Assembly: GCA_013265495.1 (NCBI GenBank)
Contig: MU058824.1
Span: 5,234,691-5,298,690, forward strand
Direction of reading: 5' to 3'
Source of the DNA: Vicugna vicugna
Taxonomy: Eukaryota
DNA length: 64,000 bases
Positions within the stretch are counted from its first letter, which is position 1. Each line of letters begins with the position of its first letter. Position numbers and translations under genes: made by a program. This document shows positions 12,816 to 28,500 of the stretch, one piece after another. Under the pieces are notes generated by a model, which saw only the letters and a list, made by a program, of their open reading frames with translations, searched no databases and was not told where the DNA came from.

Positions 12816-12957
12816 TTAGGAGTGGGACAGTGGAAGGTCTGGCCCCTTCCATGCTCTGGTGAACCCATAGCTCTGAATATGCATGTCTGGGCTTGTCTGA
12901 CACGGGGTGACATGAGTTTGGAGTAGAGGCTGCCCTATGTCTGGCCAACAGAAATCA

Positions 12958-13323
<366 letters not shown>

Positions 13324-13577
13324 TCATGCAGTAGAGAATCCTACCTCTATTACCACCTCTGCAACCTCCCTTTGATGCTGCCTGGGTCCTTTCTGGTAGC
13401 ACCAACATTTGTAGTGGGGTCCAGTGCAAATCAATCTTCCTTGAGCAGTTTCCCCAGCCCAGGCACTGGATCACCTGTCACTGAACGGAACCTGGGCCCC
13501 TTCCTGGTACTGGTCCCTGTTCAGAGAGTACCCAGTGTTCCCCCAACCTGCCTGGCATACTTCCCAGGTCTCTGTCA

Positions 13578-13961
<384 letters not shown>

Positions 13962-14060
13962 TCAGGCTGTGGCCAGGGGTGGGCCAACAGCTTGCGAATA
14001 GGGACCCATTTACTCCCTTACCCACCAAATGCCAGAATACTCCTTTCATGGTTTAGCCTA

Positions 14061-14282
<222 letters not shown>

Positions 14283-15149
14283 TCAGCCGAAAGGCAATTC
14301 TGGGATCATCTAATCACAGCCTCACATTCACGAACAAGGAGACTGAGGCCCCACAAAGGGGGAAAGGACTTTCTCCGAGCTGCCCAACTCTGGGGCAGGA
14401 TCTTCTCCAGAACCCAAGTATCCTGAATCCAGCCCAGAATCTCTTTTACTAAAATAGTGGTTTTGGGATGATTCTCTGAGATAGCCTAGGGATTCCTTAG
14501 ATATGCCTTAGGAAGCTGTTGCAAGGGAGAAGAGGGCTAGTAAGTGGGCAGAGTTCTAGCTCCACCAACCAGGGCAGCTCCATCCTTACCTATTTTACTT
14601 ATCTGGCTACTGTGTTAGATTGTGCTCAAGGAGTATTTTAGTTAAAAAGTTTAATTCTAACTCTAGTTTACACATTTTGTAAAACTGTTTAATTCTAAAA
14701 TGTATCACTTTAAATAACTGCAGAATGGTTTTGAAAGAGACGCCATCATGGAAAAGTTCCTAAAACCAAATAAGTTTTTTGTGGGACTGTGGAAGTTTTA
14801 ATTCCAAAAAAGCACTGATATGTTATTTTGCTAACATTACTTTACAGTCTTACAAGTCTTCAAATTATCAGAGATTCTTTAAAATAGATTATTCCCCCCC
14901 CCAAACACCAGCAAAGAACAGGAGCAGACATTTCATGACTATTCATTTGTGGATTTCATGAAGAACTCAAACCATTCTTTCAATAAGCACTGAGCGCCTA
15001 GTATATGCTTGGCACAATGGTGTTAACACTGTGAGATGTTCAGTGCAACTGGAGTGTGGTGTGTGTGTGTTTTATAGGAGAAAGTAGGGAGGGATGATAA
15101 AAGATAAGGAAAGGGAGGTGGACAAAAGTCTGACTGTAAAGTGTCTGAA

Positions 15150-16100
15150 ATGCCCTTCATTGAGCCCCTCAAACTGGGCCTTTTTTCTGAGGGCAAAGGG
15201 GAATCATGAAAAGGTTTTTAAATGCAGAGAGCCACGTCAGCTCTTTGTCTGTTGTGTGGAGAATGGATTAGAGGGGCAAAGTCTGGAGGTATGGAGGGCA
15301 GTTAGGTGGCTGTTGCAATAGTACAGGTAAGAAAAGATGAGTGGCTAAACCAAGACATAAGAATGAAGAAGCGGGGAGAGACTTGAGAGATATTAGGAGG
15401 TAGAGTCAATAGGGCCTGTTGACTTACTGGATGTGAGAGGTGAGGGAGAGCACTGAGCTGGGATTGGTAACTGGGGGTGGTATTACTATTCACAGAGATA
15501 AGGAATTTAGGGAGAACAGGTTTTGGGGAAAAGACGAGTTCATTTTGGGGCATGCTGCGTGTGAAGTATCTGTGAGACATCAAGATGGATGTAAGTTCAA
15601 AAGACTAGAGGAAACTGAGGTCTGGACACACAGATCTGGGAATGATTGCTGTTTAGCCACTGAAGAGAGAGAGTACAGTGAGAAGAGTCTTAACAGAACC
15701 CTGAGAAACACCAGCATTTAGGACTGGGACAAGAAACTAAGGGCGCTTAGAAAGAATGGTCAGAGAAAAAGCTAGGAAGAGAATCAGCAGAGGGTGATGG
15801 AAGCCAAGAAAGAGCTGCACAATGCAGGAGGCACTGTTAACAGTGGTTATACAACTAAGATGGGATTTTACTGATTTTGTATTTTCTCTATTTTCCATAT
15901 TTTATGTAATAATTCTCATAAAAAATACTCAAACCCTAAACAATATGGAAGAGCTAAATATGTCAGAGAGGTCAAGTAAGAAGATGCCTGAGAAAAGATC
16001 ATTGGACTTGACAATTAGGGCTTAGGTGACCTTAGGAAGAGCCAATTCAGCAGAAGTGATGGATGCAGATTACAGGTGGTTGGGGAACCACATGGAGATG
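15150..16100. mobile_element. L2 LINE fragments
   Basis: Typical purine-rich L2 text (gagttcattttggggcatgctgcgtgtgaagtatctgtgagacatc). Confidence 0.65.
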
Positions 16101-16930
16101 CTGAAAGAGGAGGAGCTTGGAAGAAACCTTTGTAAAAGGTCTAGTGGAGAGTGGTGGTAATGATGGCAGGACTGTGACAGAAAGCCAGGAAGGTAGCTGT
16201 GCATTCCTAGGGATTTAGGAAGGAGACCCTTCAACCCTGTCCCACATCAGCAGAACACTGCCAAGCAGAGTTGGTGTAGGTGAAAAGGCTGACACTTGAG
16301 GGGTGGTGACTAGAGAAGACTGTAGACCAGGGTCTGCTGTGGCATACTCTAGCTGGGGAAAAGGTATTTAAGTGGCTCGAAATAACGATTCTATACTTTG
16401 CTTTATGGACAAGTCATAGAGAAAGTGTTATTTGTTAGAAAGTAGGACATCTTTGCTTTCTTGTAGGTGGTAGGAAGAAGAGGGGGTCAGCAGAAAATCC
16501 TTACTCTGAAATCAGTGAATAATGAAGATATCTGCAGGGCAACAGATCAATAAAACAAGACTTGAACTCTATTCAGGTATGCTGAGAAATGGATATGAAT
16601 CTAGCTTTTCATCTTTTCAAAAGTTGGAAGGCATTTATGTATAATTTATGACATTCTGAATCAATAGACCTTTGTTACTTAATTCACAAAATGATCACTT
16701 CAGAGATGAAGAACAAATGTTCTTAAGGTAGAAGGCCAAGTGAGGATATTAGCACTAAGAAATTTTCCTGGGATAGAATCTGTCCTTCCTGGAAGCAAGC
16801 CGGTTAGGATTTCAGGGTTTTTTTTCAGATGAATACAGTGAATAACAACCATAGACTATGGGAGTAAGCACTGCTCCAAACAAGTACTTTTGAATAATTG
16901 GCCTCATCCTATCCATTCAGCTCTCTAGCT

Positions 16931-17140
16931 CAGTGGTTCTCAACTGGGATGACTTTGTCCCTCCAGGACACATTTGGTAATTTGTGGAGACATTTTTGGT
17001 TGCTCACAACTGAGGGTGGGTGCTACTGGCATCTAATGGATAGAAGTTAGGGACGCTGCTAATCATCCTACAATGCACACAGCCCCCACAACAGATTACT
17101 GTGCCCAAAATGTCAACAGTACTGAGGAGGAAAAAGCCTG
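16931..17140. mobile_element. MER20 (hAT-Charlie) DNA transposon
   Basis: cagtggttctcaactggg...ggagacatttttggttg...cccaaaatgtcaacagt matches the recalled MER20 consensus. Confidence 0.85.
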
Positions 17141-17211
17141 CCCTAACTCTAGGACCCTTGGATCTACTATAGGAAAACTCTTCAGGTCACTGCCTGGAAA
17201 CTAGCGTTCTA

Positions 17212-17574
<363 letters not shown>

Positions 17575-18118
17575 CTAGAGGAACAACTCCAAGTGAAGCC
17601 AGTGTTAAGGCAATAGAGCTTTCTCTCTGGAAGACAAGAATCAGCAGGTTCTTCCAGCTGCTCAGGCCTCTATGACCATGTTTCTGAGCAAGTATGCTAC
17701 GGGCATTTTTGGAAAGAGTAATCTGTTGTGAGAGATTTTCCCAGGTACCGCAGGACACTTAGCATCCCTGTTTTTCTTGGCACCAAATACCAGGAGCAAC
17801 TCCCAGTTTTGTGGCCTTCCTGAACTCCCCCAAACCCCTCCCCAACATTTCCAAATACCTCCTACAGGGGGCAGTACCATCTTTAGGTGGGAGGGTTGGC
17901 AGAAGACCTGCCATGGTATCATTCCTTATTACTCACTGCCTTAAGTCTTTCACTAAGACAAATCCAGGATGTAACATTTTTATTCTTAGAGAAGAAATTC
18001 AAACTGTTCTGACTCAGCTCTGTCTTTCTGGTTTTGAGTCTCACTTCAACTATACCCAGGCCTCTCTGCCCTGCTCCCTGATCCTCAGAAGGTCTAAGAC
18101 TCGAAGATTCTGCCCTTA

Positions 18119-18541
<423 letters not shown>

Positions 18542-19984
18542 TCAGTCAGTGGCTGACCATGTCAGGCCAATCTGTTTCAACCATTCACCTAAGTGGCAAG
18601 TGCTATTAAATAGTTTCTCCCTTTTCTGGAACTCAGTAGCAATGGCAGGGTGAACGGAGTACTTATTATGGAGTCAGAAGACCTTGGTTCTATTTCTGAC
18701 TGGTTCTATGACTTTGGTTTTCCCATTTATAAAATGAGGGGGATCTGCTCAGCATACTTCACAGGGCTGTCATGACATCAGATAACATTAGAAAAGGGGC
18801 TTAACAGGGCTTATGAGACTGTAAAGCACTCTACAATGTGGAACAGTATCTCTGTCTCCCTTGCTGTCCCAAAGCCAATTAGGTCCAGGGGTCCCGGGCC
18901 TCTGCTACTTTAAGATAGTTGGAGACTTCAGAACTAAAGTCTCTCTTAAAGATGACCCAAGGCTTGAAGCAAGACTGCAGCAACACATTTTGGCTTCTGA
19001 CTGAAGAAATGCTCCTCCAATTAGTGATCTACATCAAATTCCTACTTTTTGAGTCAGAATGAATGAACTCCTATTTTTAGAGGGCTTCTGAATTAGCATT
19101 CAGGAATCTCTACCATCTCACCCATGTGGTCGAAGTCTCAAATACTCCTTTGCTCCCTCTAATTAGTAGCTATGCCTATTTATGGGTCTGTTTGCTACCA
19201 CAGATAACCTGTCCATGACAAGCTCTAAGGTGCTTCTCACACTTCTAAGCCTTCACTATGTCACTCCCACATTTTCTGCTTTGGTTCTCGGAACTGTTCA
19301 AGAAAGTTCTATATTCTTTACAGGTTAAAAAAAGAACATCCTTGTTCTTCCTCTGCAAGGTAAGCACTGGAAACGTGAGGTTACAACACTGGAGAGTGAA
19401 GGCATGACATGATACATTGCGAAGCTGATCTGCTGTTTCCTAGCCTGAAGGGTCTTAGAGGAATTCATCTGGGGAATGTTCTAAGTAAAGTGGAGCAGAG
19501 AGTCCATTTCAGCCTGGTTCTCAATCCATCATAATCAAGGCTTATTGAACAGTACTCTGTGCAAGGCACCAACTACTTACTCATCAAAGGAAACAGAAGA
19601 CGGGAGAACAGAGTCTCACAACTCAAGCTACTTAGTATCAGAACTCAAAGAAGTATAAGACACAGTGCTGGGAGTGCCTAAGGGAAGGTGAGACCACACT
19701 ACTGGGAGTCAGAGTGGACCCTAAAGGGTGGGTAGGAAGTTATTCTCAGCTTGTTTGGAGGAAAAGGTGACAGAGGGAAGGAGGAGAGATTTGGGCCAAT
19801 TAGAAGGCTACTATAACAGGCTTCTAATACTTGTCGAGGCAAGAGGTAGAGGGTTTAAACTGAAATGACAGCAGCAGGAATGATCCTGACTGAGTTGATT
19901 TGATACTATGGAAATAGAGAAATTTGGAATAAATCGATAACTTGATTATATCAAGGGTAAAGGGAGAGAGGGCAATTTTATATT

Positions 19985-20420
19985 TAATTATTTCCCGGCT
20001 TTACTGAGATATAATTGACATACAACATTTAAAAAGTTTAAGGTGTACAATGTGATGATTTGATACATGAATATATTGTGAAATGTGTACCACAATAAGG
20101 TTAGTTAGCACATCCTTTATCTCACATAATTACCATTTTGTTGTTCTTATTGTAAGAATATTAAAGCTCTGCTCTCACAGCATCTATCAAGTACATACTA
20201 TAGTATTAACTATGGTCACCATGCTGTACCTTAGATCCCTGTAACTTACTCATTTTATAACTGAATGTCCGTGCCCTTTGGCCAATCTTTCTCCATTTCC
20301 CTCACCCCTTAGCCTCTGGCAACCATCATTCTGCTCTCTGTTTCTATGAGTTCAATAGTTTTAGATTCCACACACAAGTGAAATCATACAGTGTTTCACT
20401 CAGTCTGTCTCTGCCTGACT
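19985..20420 (-). mobile_element. L1 3' end fragment within L2-derived sequence
   Basis: tttactgagatataattgacatacaac ... ggcaaccatcattctgctctctgtttctatgag ... agattccacac. Confidence 0.8.
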
Positions 20421-22893
20421 TATAGGGAGGAAATTTTAAATGGACCAACTAGAAGGAGGGTAGTGCCATTTTACAGAAATTGGGAAATAAGAAAGAGGGA
20501 TAATGAAATTGGATATTGTATGTGTTGAATTAAAGATGTCTCTGGGATATTCAGGTGGTATGTTATCCACTGTTTAAAACTTTCCAGTGGCTTTCCAAGG
20601 CTTTCAGGATAAAGTCCTCCAAATCAGCTTTTTTGTTTGTTTGTTTTACCATGGCCTGTGAAGCCCTCCTGGGTCTGGTCTCACTTCTTTACTCTGTGTT
20701 CTAACCACGCTGGTTTTCTTTCAGTCTTTGTTTGCCATGTTCCCCCCATTTTTGGGACGTTTGAAAATTCCACCCCACTCCTCCCCTTGTTAGCACCTAT
20801 TCATCTATCAGAGCTCAGTTCAAGTATTGGTTCCTTGCAGAAGTTACTACTGACTCCGCAGACTGGGTCGGAGTGCTGACAGCACCATGCTCTTCTGCTC
20901 TAGAACACTTTGTCATTATGTATTCAACAGGATGATTATCTAATCAATGTCAGTTTCCTCTATTAGATTGTTTTTACCCTGCTTAATACTTACCTCTACT
21001 GCCTAGCAGTGTGTTTGAAAGAGAAGAGGAATTTAATAAACATTTTCCAATTAATTGTGGATAGGTTTTTTTGATTTTCAATAAGGTCTTAATACACATA
21101 AAATCTGATTACAGCCACATCTTATTTCCAGAAACAACTACCGTGTGTGCCACAGTGGTACAAATTCCTATCCTGTTTGGGTGCTTGCCCTGCCACCACT
21201 TGTTACCAAAGAAACTCAACCTATATTTTTAACTTTATAAACTTACTGATAAGGAAAGATCCCCTCTCCCCATTTGTAAAATTTGTTTGTAAAATTAAAA
21301 TATATGGCTAAGGAATATTTGCTTTGAATAAGTAGCTCTCATTTATAGGATGGTGGCAAAGGAGGTTTATTGAGGAAAGAATTACTTATTTATTTATTTT
21401 TAACTTTTTTTTATTGAGTTATAGTCATTTTACAGAGGAAACATTTATTGATCAAATTCAGGAAACTGTTTAAGGTGTTCATGTCCCAGTGGACAATTAA
21501 TGATAAATTATCATTAAAAATAATTTTTTCCTCATTTGCAAACAAATATTAGATAATAGAGGAATGGTTAAATTATGGTACAGTAGAAAATTGAATATGA
21601 AAATTACTGAGGTAGAAGTATACTGATGTAGAAAGATGTTCAAAATATATGAACATATTAATGAAAAAAGCAAGTTAAAAAATAGCATGTTATGATCTAA
21701 TTTTTGTAAGAAAGAATGCATGTTTTCCATATTTTTATTAATCTGTATTTTCTAATTTTCCTACATTGTACATTAATTATATAATTTAAAAGTAACAGAG
21801 GTAACCTGGTGACTTGTTTTGGTTCTAGATCTGCTGTGACCCAGGACACACTGTTTTACTGCTTTGGGCTTCAAGTCTCTATCTGTTAATGTGTGTGTTT
21901 GGAATATGCAGTCTTAAGCATTTAGAATGCTCATGTTCTTTTTCATGTTCTTTTAAAAGTCCATGTGACCTAATGAGGGTATCCAGCCTGGGTAGAGGTG
22001 GGGCCAGGGGTGGAGAAGAGGGTGTGTGTATGTTAGAGCTTTTGCTGAGGCTGTGGACCCAGGGGGTTCTGGAAGAGGCTGGGCCTGTAGTCTGCAGACA
22101 CTGCCCACATGCCTCATGTGCACCGGCTGTGCACTACAGTTAGGTGGGTAGGAAAGCAAGTCCCCAGTGTACAGAGAGAGGAACAGGCACACCACACCAA
22201 GGAGGGAGAATGCAAAACTGACACACAACCCTTCACTGCAGATCTTGCTCATGACCAATGGCTATTTCCAAAGCCACAGTGTTTTCCTCAAAAAGTTTCC
22301 ATGTTGTTTTCCACATTTTTTGACTGTGACCCATAGTAAGAAATGTAGTTTATGATGTGATTTATGTACACACATAGTTATAAACATGCATTCATAGATC
22401 TATAATTAAACCCAAAGTTTTGTATAACAATCCTAATTTTACCACATGTGGTGCTCCCTGATATTTTCTATCCTCTCTGTCCTACTTCATTAAAGCAGTC
22501 CTAATACTGACTCTCTGAAATGACTTCATGACTTCCTAATGGGTTAGGGTCAGCACTTGTAATCTGAAAAACATAGCCTTAGAATCATTATACATTTTTG
22601 ATTAGGAAACTACACTTTTGTCTTTTGATTAAAAGATGGTTACCTCTAAAAGACAAGGACAACATTGTGGGGTGTAAGGTAAGCTTTCCCCTTGACTGGA
22701 GTGATGCAGGAACAGAATTCTCAAGCTTGTCTTAAGAGTCTGTGTGGTTAGAAGTTCTAGCAGATCTGGACTGCTGCTAATATACCTCTGACTGAAAAAA
22801 CCCTACTCTATACCAGAGGATGTCCTCTGATCTGTGGACATATTTTTAAAAAATATTGGAGCAGTCTGTACAGTGATACAAAGGTAACCTTTT

Positions 22894-22942
22894 AATATAA
22901 AATATAATATAATATATTATAATATAATATAATATAATATAA
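22894..22942. repeat. (AATAT)n microsatellite
   Basis: Seen directly. Confidence 0.9.
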
Positions 22943-25452
22943 CCTTCATGGGAGAATTATTGAATAACCTGTGATATATTCATGCTATAAAAATAAAGAG
23001 GAAAAAACTGGTTTAATCCAATAGGAACACGAAGATCAGAATAATGATTCTCATTGGCTGGATCCTGTGGCATATAGGGGTTTATATATCAGAACTCTAG
23101 GAGGAGGGAAGAAATAGTGGATTGAAAAAGCATATCAATTATAATAAATATTTATATTTGGAAAGCAAATATTAAAAACCATCCATCACTTTTTTTTTTT
23201 TGGTAACAGACTACAAAACAGCAGAGCTTGACAGTATCCTTTTGATTCATGGGGAGATACAGAAGGTGCTAGCTCTCTAAATAGTGGTGGGTGGCCCCCC
23301 TCCCAGAATCTGTATTAGAAGTTTTAGGGAGCAGTCACAAGACATTTATGTTTATCAGCAAGAAGGTATGGGTTTAAAAAAAGTCGATAAACACTTATTT
23401 GGAGACCTGGAATAACCATACAAAATTCACTTTTTCAAGAATGAGTCATTGGAGGAAAATCAATACTATGCATTTGGTTTTTATTGGCCTTTTCAGGTAA
23501 TGTAATAAGAGTTCTGAACAAAGTCCAGCCAATTAGGAGGGTTACTCTGTAAATGACCTGACTCATTAAAAGTATATTGGCAAACTAACCACAAGCATAT
23601 CCCAACACTGTCTTGCACAACCATTACTCTCTGTAAGGATACCAAGAATCACTATTAGGCTACTCAACTGTTAATGATGTCATTGAAGTGGATTTGGGAG
23701 TTTATCCTTAAAGGAATTTCAGTGAAGACTGAAGAAGATATCCATCAGCAAAACAAACAAACAAACATAAGAACAAATTAAAAAGTCCTTTCCAGTCCTG
23801 ACCAAAGGGTCTTGAAGTACTGCTCTTCCTTTCACCTGAGGTGGTTCAGTTTTCTAGGCCACCTTATGCCCATAAAGGCAGAAAGTGTAGAGCAGAACCA
23901 TTAAAAAGAAATCATCAAAATCCAAATAAGACCTCAAGTCATTTTGCATCGGTATGGCTTTGATTTTGAGAGTAAACCGTGAGAACACAACAGAATTAGG
24001 CTTCAAGAGTGAGGCTAAAATGCTTAATGCTTAATGGAGAGGAATGAACCTGTATACAAAAGACACTTTGATTAGAAGCAAGTGTGCTGAAATATCCATG
24101 ATGTGCACCTGGGGTGTTTGAGAAATTAACAAAATCAGCTCTAATTTCTAGAGAAACAAGTGGTAGTGATTAGTGATGGGGAAAAACAAATGCCTGGTGA
24201 GAAAAACCTGGCCTCTCCTGTGCTGGAAGGAGTCCTAGGAAGAAGAGTGAGTTAAAAGGAAATCAAGTTGCAAAGATGACACAAATTATACCTAATGATT
24301 ACTTCTTTGGCTGATGGGTGGAATTTTCTGCCTCCTAACAAGTATGAAAGAGGGATAAAAAGACATTGTCCCAAGAATGATGTGACTGTCAGAGGATCTG
24401 TGGTACCTAGAGAAGGCTTGGAAAAAACCTCATGAGAGCAGGAGCAGGTGGTGGTGAATAAGAGGAACAAGAAGGTAGAATAGAGTTGATTGACTCTATG
24501 ATCTGGAGTAAATGAAAACAGATGACAACTAGAAACTTCCTTCAGGGAAGAGAAGTCTGTCTAGATGTATTCATCAGGCAGTAAGACATATGTGGGCAGC
24601 TTGAAATGTGCATGTGCAAGACACTCATTCTCTTCAGAGCTCACGCTTACAACGCAGTAGGATTATTTTTAAGGGCAAAGTGGTGGGAGTAAAAGGAGGA
24701 GGGCTTGCTCCACAGCAGGAGCTGGTGGAGAAATAAGAAAGAGGAAGGCAGCTAGGAACCTCTTCCAAAGCTCTCTGTAAAGATTTAGGTGTGTGAGAAG
24801 CCGGGGGAGCAACCCTCCCAACAGGCAGGAGTTTCCTCGTTGGACATGCTAAATGTAAAGTACTCGTACTTGCTTGCATCTGATCCTTCGTATGGGCGTG
24901 GCAGCTGTTTGAAAAAGGCTCAAAAACAACTAAAAGTGATTGCTTGGAAGTTATGAGGGCTACCCTAGGCAGGGACAGGGCAAAGAAAACCTCTGAGTTG
25001 GACAAGGGAAAACAACCAGAGAGTGGGTTGAGCAGGTGGAAAAAGGAATCCCAGTTTTTCATTGAAATCAAGAGGGAGAAAAAAATCTAGATGGTTCCCA
25101 CTGCCTTCCACAGTGCATGTGTTCTATAACTCTTGGTTCAATGAATGTTGCAGAGATACCAAGGCAACATAAAAAGTTTGAGATCTTGGTGTCACTATTC
25201 TTTCTCTTCCTGAAAGTTGGCCAGATAGATTAATCAGACCAAATCTTCAGAGCTCAGTTCTAGAAACTACACAGTCACCTGCTCATCTCATCACATCTAC
25301 TCTGCTTCCCCGAGGAGACCCCGACTGCTGATTTGGAGCTAGCAGGGATGAGAGCAGGTAGCCATATAGTAGTTATAGGTGATTTCTTTGATCACAGAAG
25401 AGAGCTACAGAATTTTAGCATTTGGCCAGTTTCCACAACCACAGTGTTTAAA

Positions 25453-25500
25453 GAGAGAGAGAGAGAGAGAGACAGAGAGAGAGAAAGAGAGAGAGAGAGA
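25453..25500. repeat. (GA)n microsatellite
   Basis: Seen directly. Confidence 0.9.
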
Positions 25501-28500
25501 CACTAATATTACCTAGGTCAACAGTCCCCTGCATTTATGCTGTGTCTTGGGGTACTATGGCCTGGCCCATAGAAGGGCAGCTGCCCTAAGGGCACATGCA
25601 GTAAACTTGAAAATACATTTTTTCCCTCCTGGGAGAGATATTTAGCATGAGCAAGCATCTGCAAATAAAGGTGAAAAATTTCAAGGTGGTCAACAATTGG
25701 CTCCAGGTAGCATGTGCCTGAAATGTTGTCTGAGAGCCTCAAGGAAAGCCACACACCTAACACAGGTGACCGGCCACCAAGAATTTGGAAAACCAGCAGA
25801 ACCACGGTCTACAAAATGCAGAATGCACAGCAAAGACCCTAAGCTCGCTGTGCACATCAACATCAATCTGGAGACTTTAAACAAAAACCATCAAAAAGAG
25901 TCCCCTTACCCTCTGCTGATCTTTGAGGAAATTCAAGCCCGAAATAATCTGGCTGATCTCCAGTGTCTAGGTGTTGCTTTAGGAATCCAGCGCCTCACCA
26001 CAGTGATCTTGGAGCCTGTTTCTAGTCAGCCATTCTGTTTCCGGGCAGTAGCTTACAGATTACTTTTAGTTTTCATGTCTGGAGATCCTGAAGGGGTCTA
26101 AGTGGTCTCCCCTGTCTTCCCCATTCTCCCTTGTTTATCCAGTACAGCAGCACTGGCTTCAGTCAGCCCAGGAAGACAGTCACCCCCAACTGCACAGGGC
26201 TCTTCTGGGGTTTCCAAGGAGCAGAAGGGCTGAAGACTGAGTAAAACTCTCTTCTTGGACTCAGCTCAAGAGAATGAAGTGCGAAGGAGGTGCTGTTGTT
26301 GTTTAATATTTACTAAAAGCCCAAAAGCTCTAATAAACATAGGACAGAATTATGGCATGATCTTTAGCCCCTGGAGGACTGGGCTGAGTCTTCATGAAAA
26401 GCTACAGGGCTGGTTTCCCACAGAAGCAGAGCAGCAGTTAAGGAGTAGCACACCGTCAGTGATTGGCTGGTGTGACCGCACTTAGCCTGCAGAGCTTTTC
26501 AGCAAGATGGAGAGACACTCCCTGTTCTCCGCTCTGGGCCCCTGAAGCGCAGATTTATCCCTATTTATGCACTCATTACACCTTAATTATCACCACTTAT
26601 TTGTTGATTGTACAAATATTTGCTGAATGCAACCTACTATGTGTCAGGCACAAATTAAGCACTTAGTAACTGTTGGTAGAATGAACAAAATGGAACCTCA
26701 CTCAGCCTGTGACAATGCAGTGTGAGTATGTGCATGTGTAGGGGGCATAAGTGTAGGATTTAAAAAAAAGTGTTGCTTGAGCTAAATTTTGAATTATGAG
26801 TGGGAGTTACCCCAGTGGATAAGGAGAAAAAAAAAAAGGCATTCCAGGAAGAGATAAAAGCACATGCCAAGGCATGGAGCTATATGGGGACTCCATCATG
26901 GCTTAGGTGGTATGAAGCCAGCTGGGTGCTGGATAGAAATAGGCAAGGAAACTTGCCTTCATATAAGAATTAGTCCAAAGAACTGGTTTGAGACAGTATG
27001 CTTAAAATATTTGTTTACAAGGGAATATGTATTTGGATTTCAGGGAGATAAAAAACATAGAGAATTGGATTTTCTGAGGCAGGAAAGCCCTGATAAAGCC
27101 CAGGGCTGACCAGTGAGGGCATTGTTTGGCCTTTGGAACCAACAAGAAACTCTTTTCCATAACCTAAGAGCTGGTAGGTAGTGACTGCAGTGAATTGTCG
27201 GGGCTTTCCCTCTGGAAGACCCATAAGCCTAATTATGAGGCTCAAAGGGGGGAGGGGAGAGGGAGAGAGAGAGAGAGAATGGCTGCCAACCAGCATACAC
27301 ACTGTTGTTTTAGTCATTATTATCATAGAGAGCCAAAACTATGGCCAGTTCACTCAAAGCATATGGGCAAAGGTAATTTTGGCAGGGCAATTACTTGGGG
27401 GCTAAGAATGTGTGGCTGCCGGAGGAGGCATGGAACAGCAGTTGCATTTCCATTATGCCTGGGAAAAGGCATACTCTATGACAATTTCTATAGATATTCG
27501 GTGAAGCTGTACTTCTCTTACTTTTCTTACTTACTAAATGATCAGGGAATTGCAGCCTGATTCTGTGTGAACTCAAGTGCAAGGAACTCCCATATTTATC
27601 TAGCACAGTACCTGGCAAGCAGGTAGCACTTAGAAAATGTATATGGTCTCTGAGGGGACTGCTGGAAAGGGATGAAGGATAAAGGGGGATGTAATAATGG
27701 AAAAAATAATCATATCTCCAGCTGGGCACTTATAGTCTTGGTTTCTTGGTCCAAAGCTGGTAAGCAATTTCTTTCAGAACTTGGTCATTAAGATTGAGGG
27801 GTTGGAGTGGATAATATTCCCATTAGAAATGAATAAATCAATTTGGGAAATGAAGATAGCAGAAACCAAGAGTACTGCTGGAGAAAAGCATGTGGGACTG
27901 GAAGATAATAGATTCTGTAGCTAAAAAGAAAGGAAACTATTTGCATAAATATGATCCACTTAGGAACAGGTGTACTGGAAAAAAATACAGGGAGTATGGG
28001 AAATGGGCCAGGAAAGGTCTTACTTACTACTCATATGCTCGAGGAAAAGGGAGGATTGTCAAAAGATGGCAAATGTAGGAGGAAGAAGACCATAAGAATG
28101 TGGTCAGAGAAGATGAGGAAGATTAAAGACTGAAAAATCCAGACTCATTTGTATACACTCAAGTGAAACTGGGTGAGCCATTCTCTCCTCTTTTATTTCT
28201 CTTTAGAGAGAGGGTTTTTTTTTTGTTTTTTTGTTTTTTGTTTTTTTTTTAAGAAGATTAAGGCCACCTGGTGACATCCTTCACACTCAATCTGGAATGA
28301 TTTAATTTGCAGACTCATGTTGTGATTAGGGGAGAGTTAGACAGCATTCTTAGGGTTTTGTAATCTTAATGTTCACCCAATCCTGGGCATCAAAGAGGTG
28401 ATATCCAAGGTCCAATATTTAGGGAGCACCTGGAGCCATCTAACAATTTTTCCATGGTCATAAGTGGTGTGATACCAAGAACCCTTGCTGAAAAAGGCTA

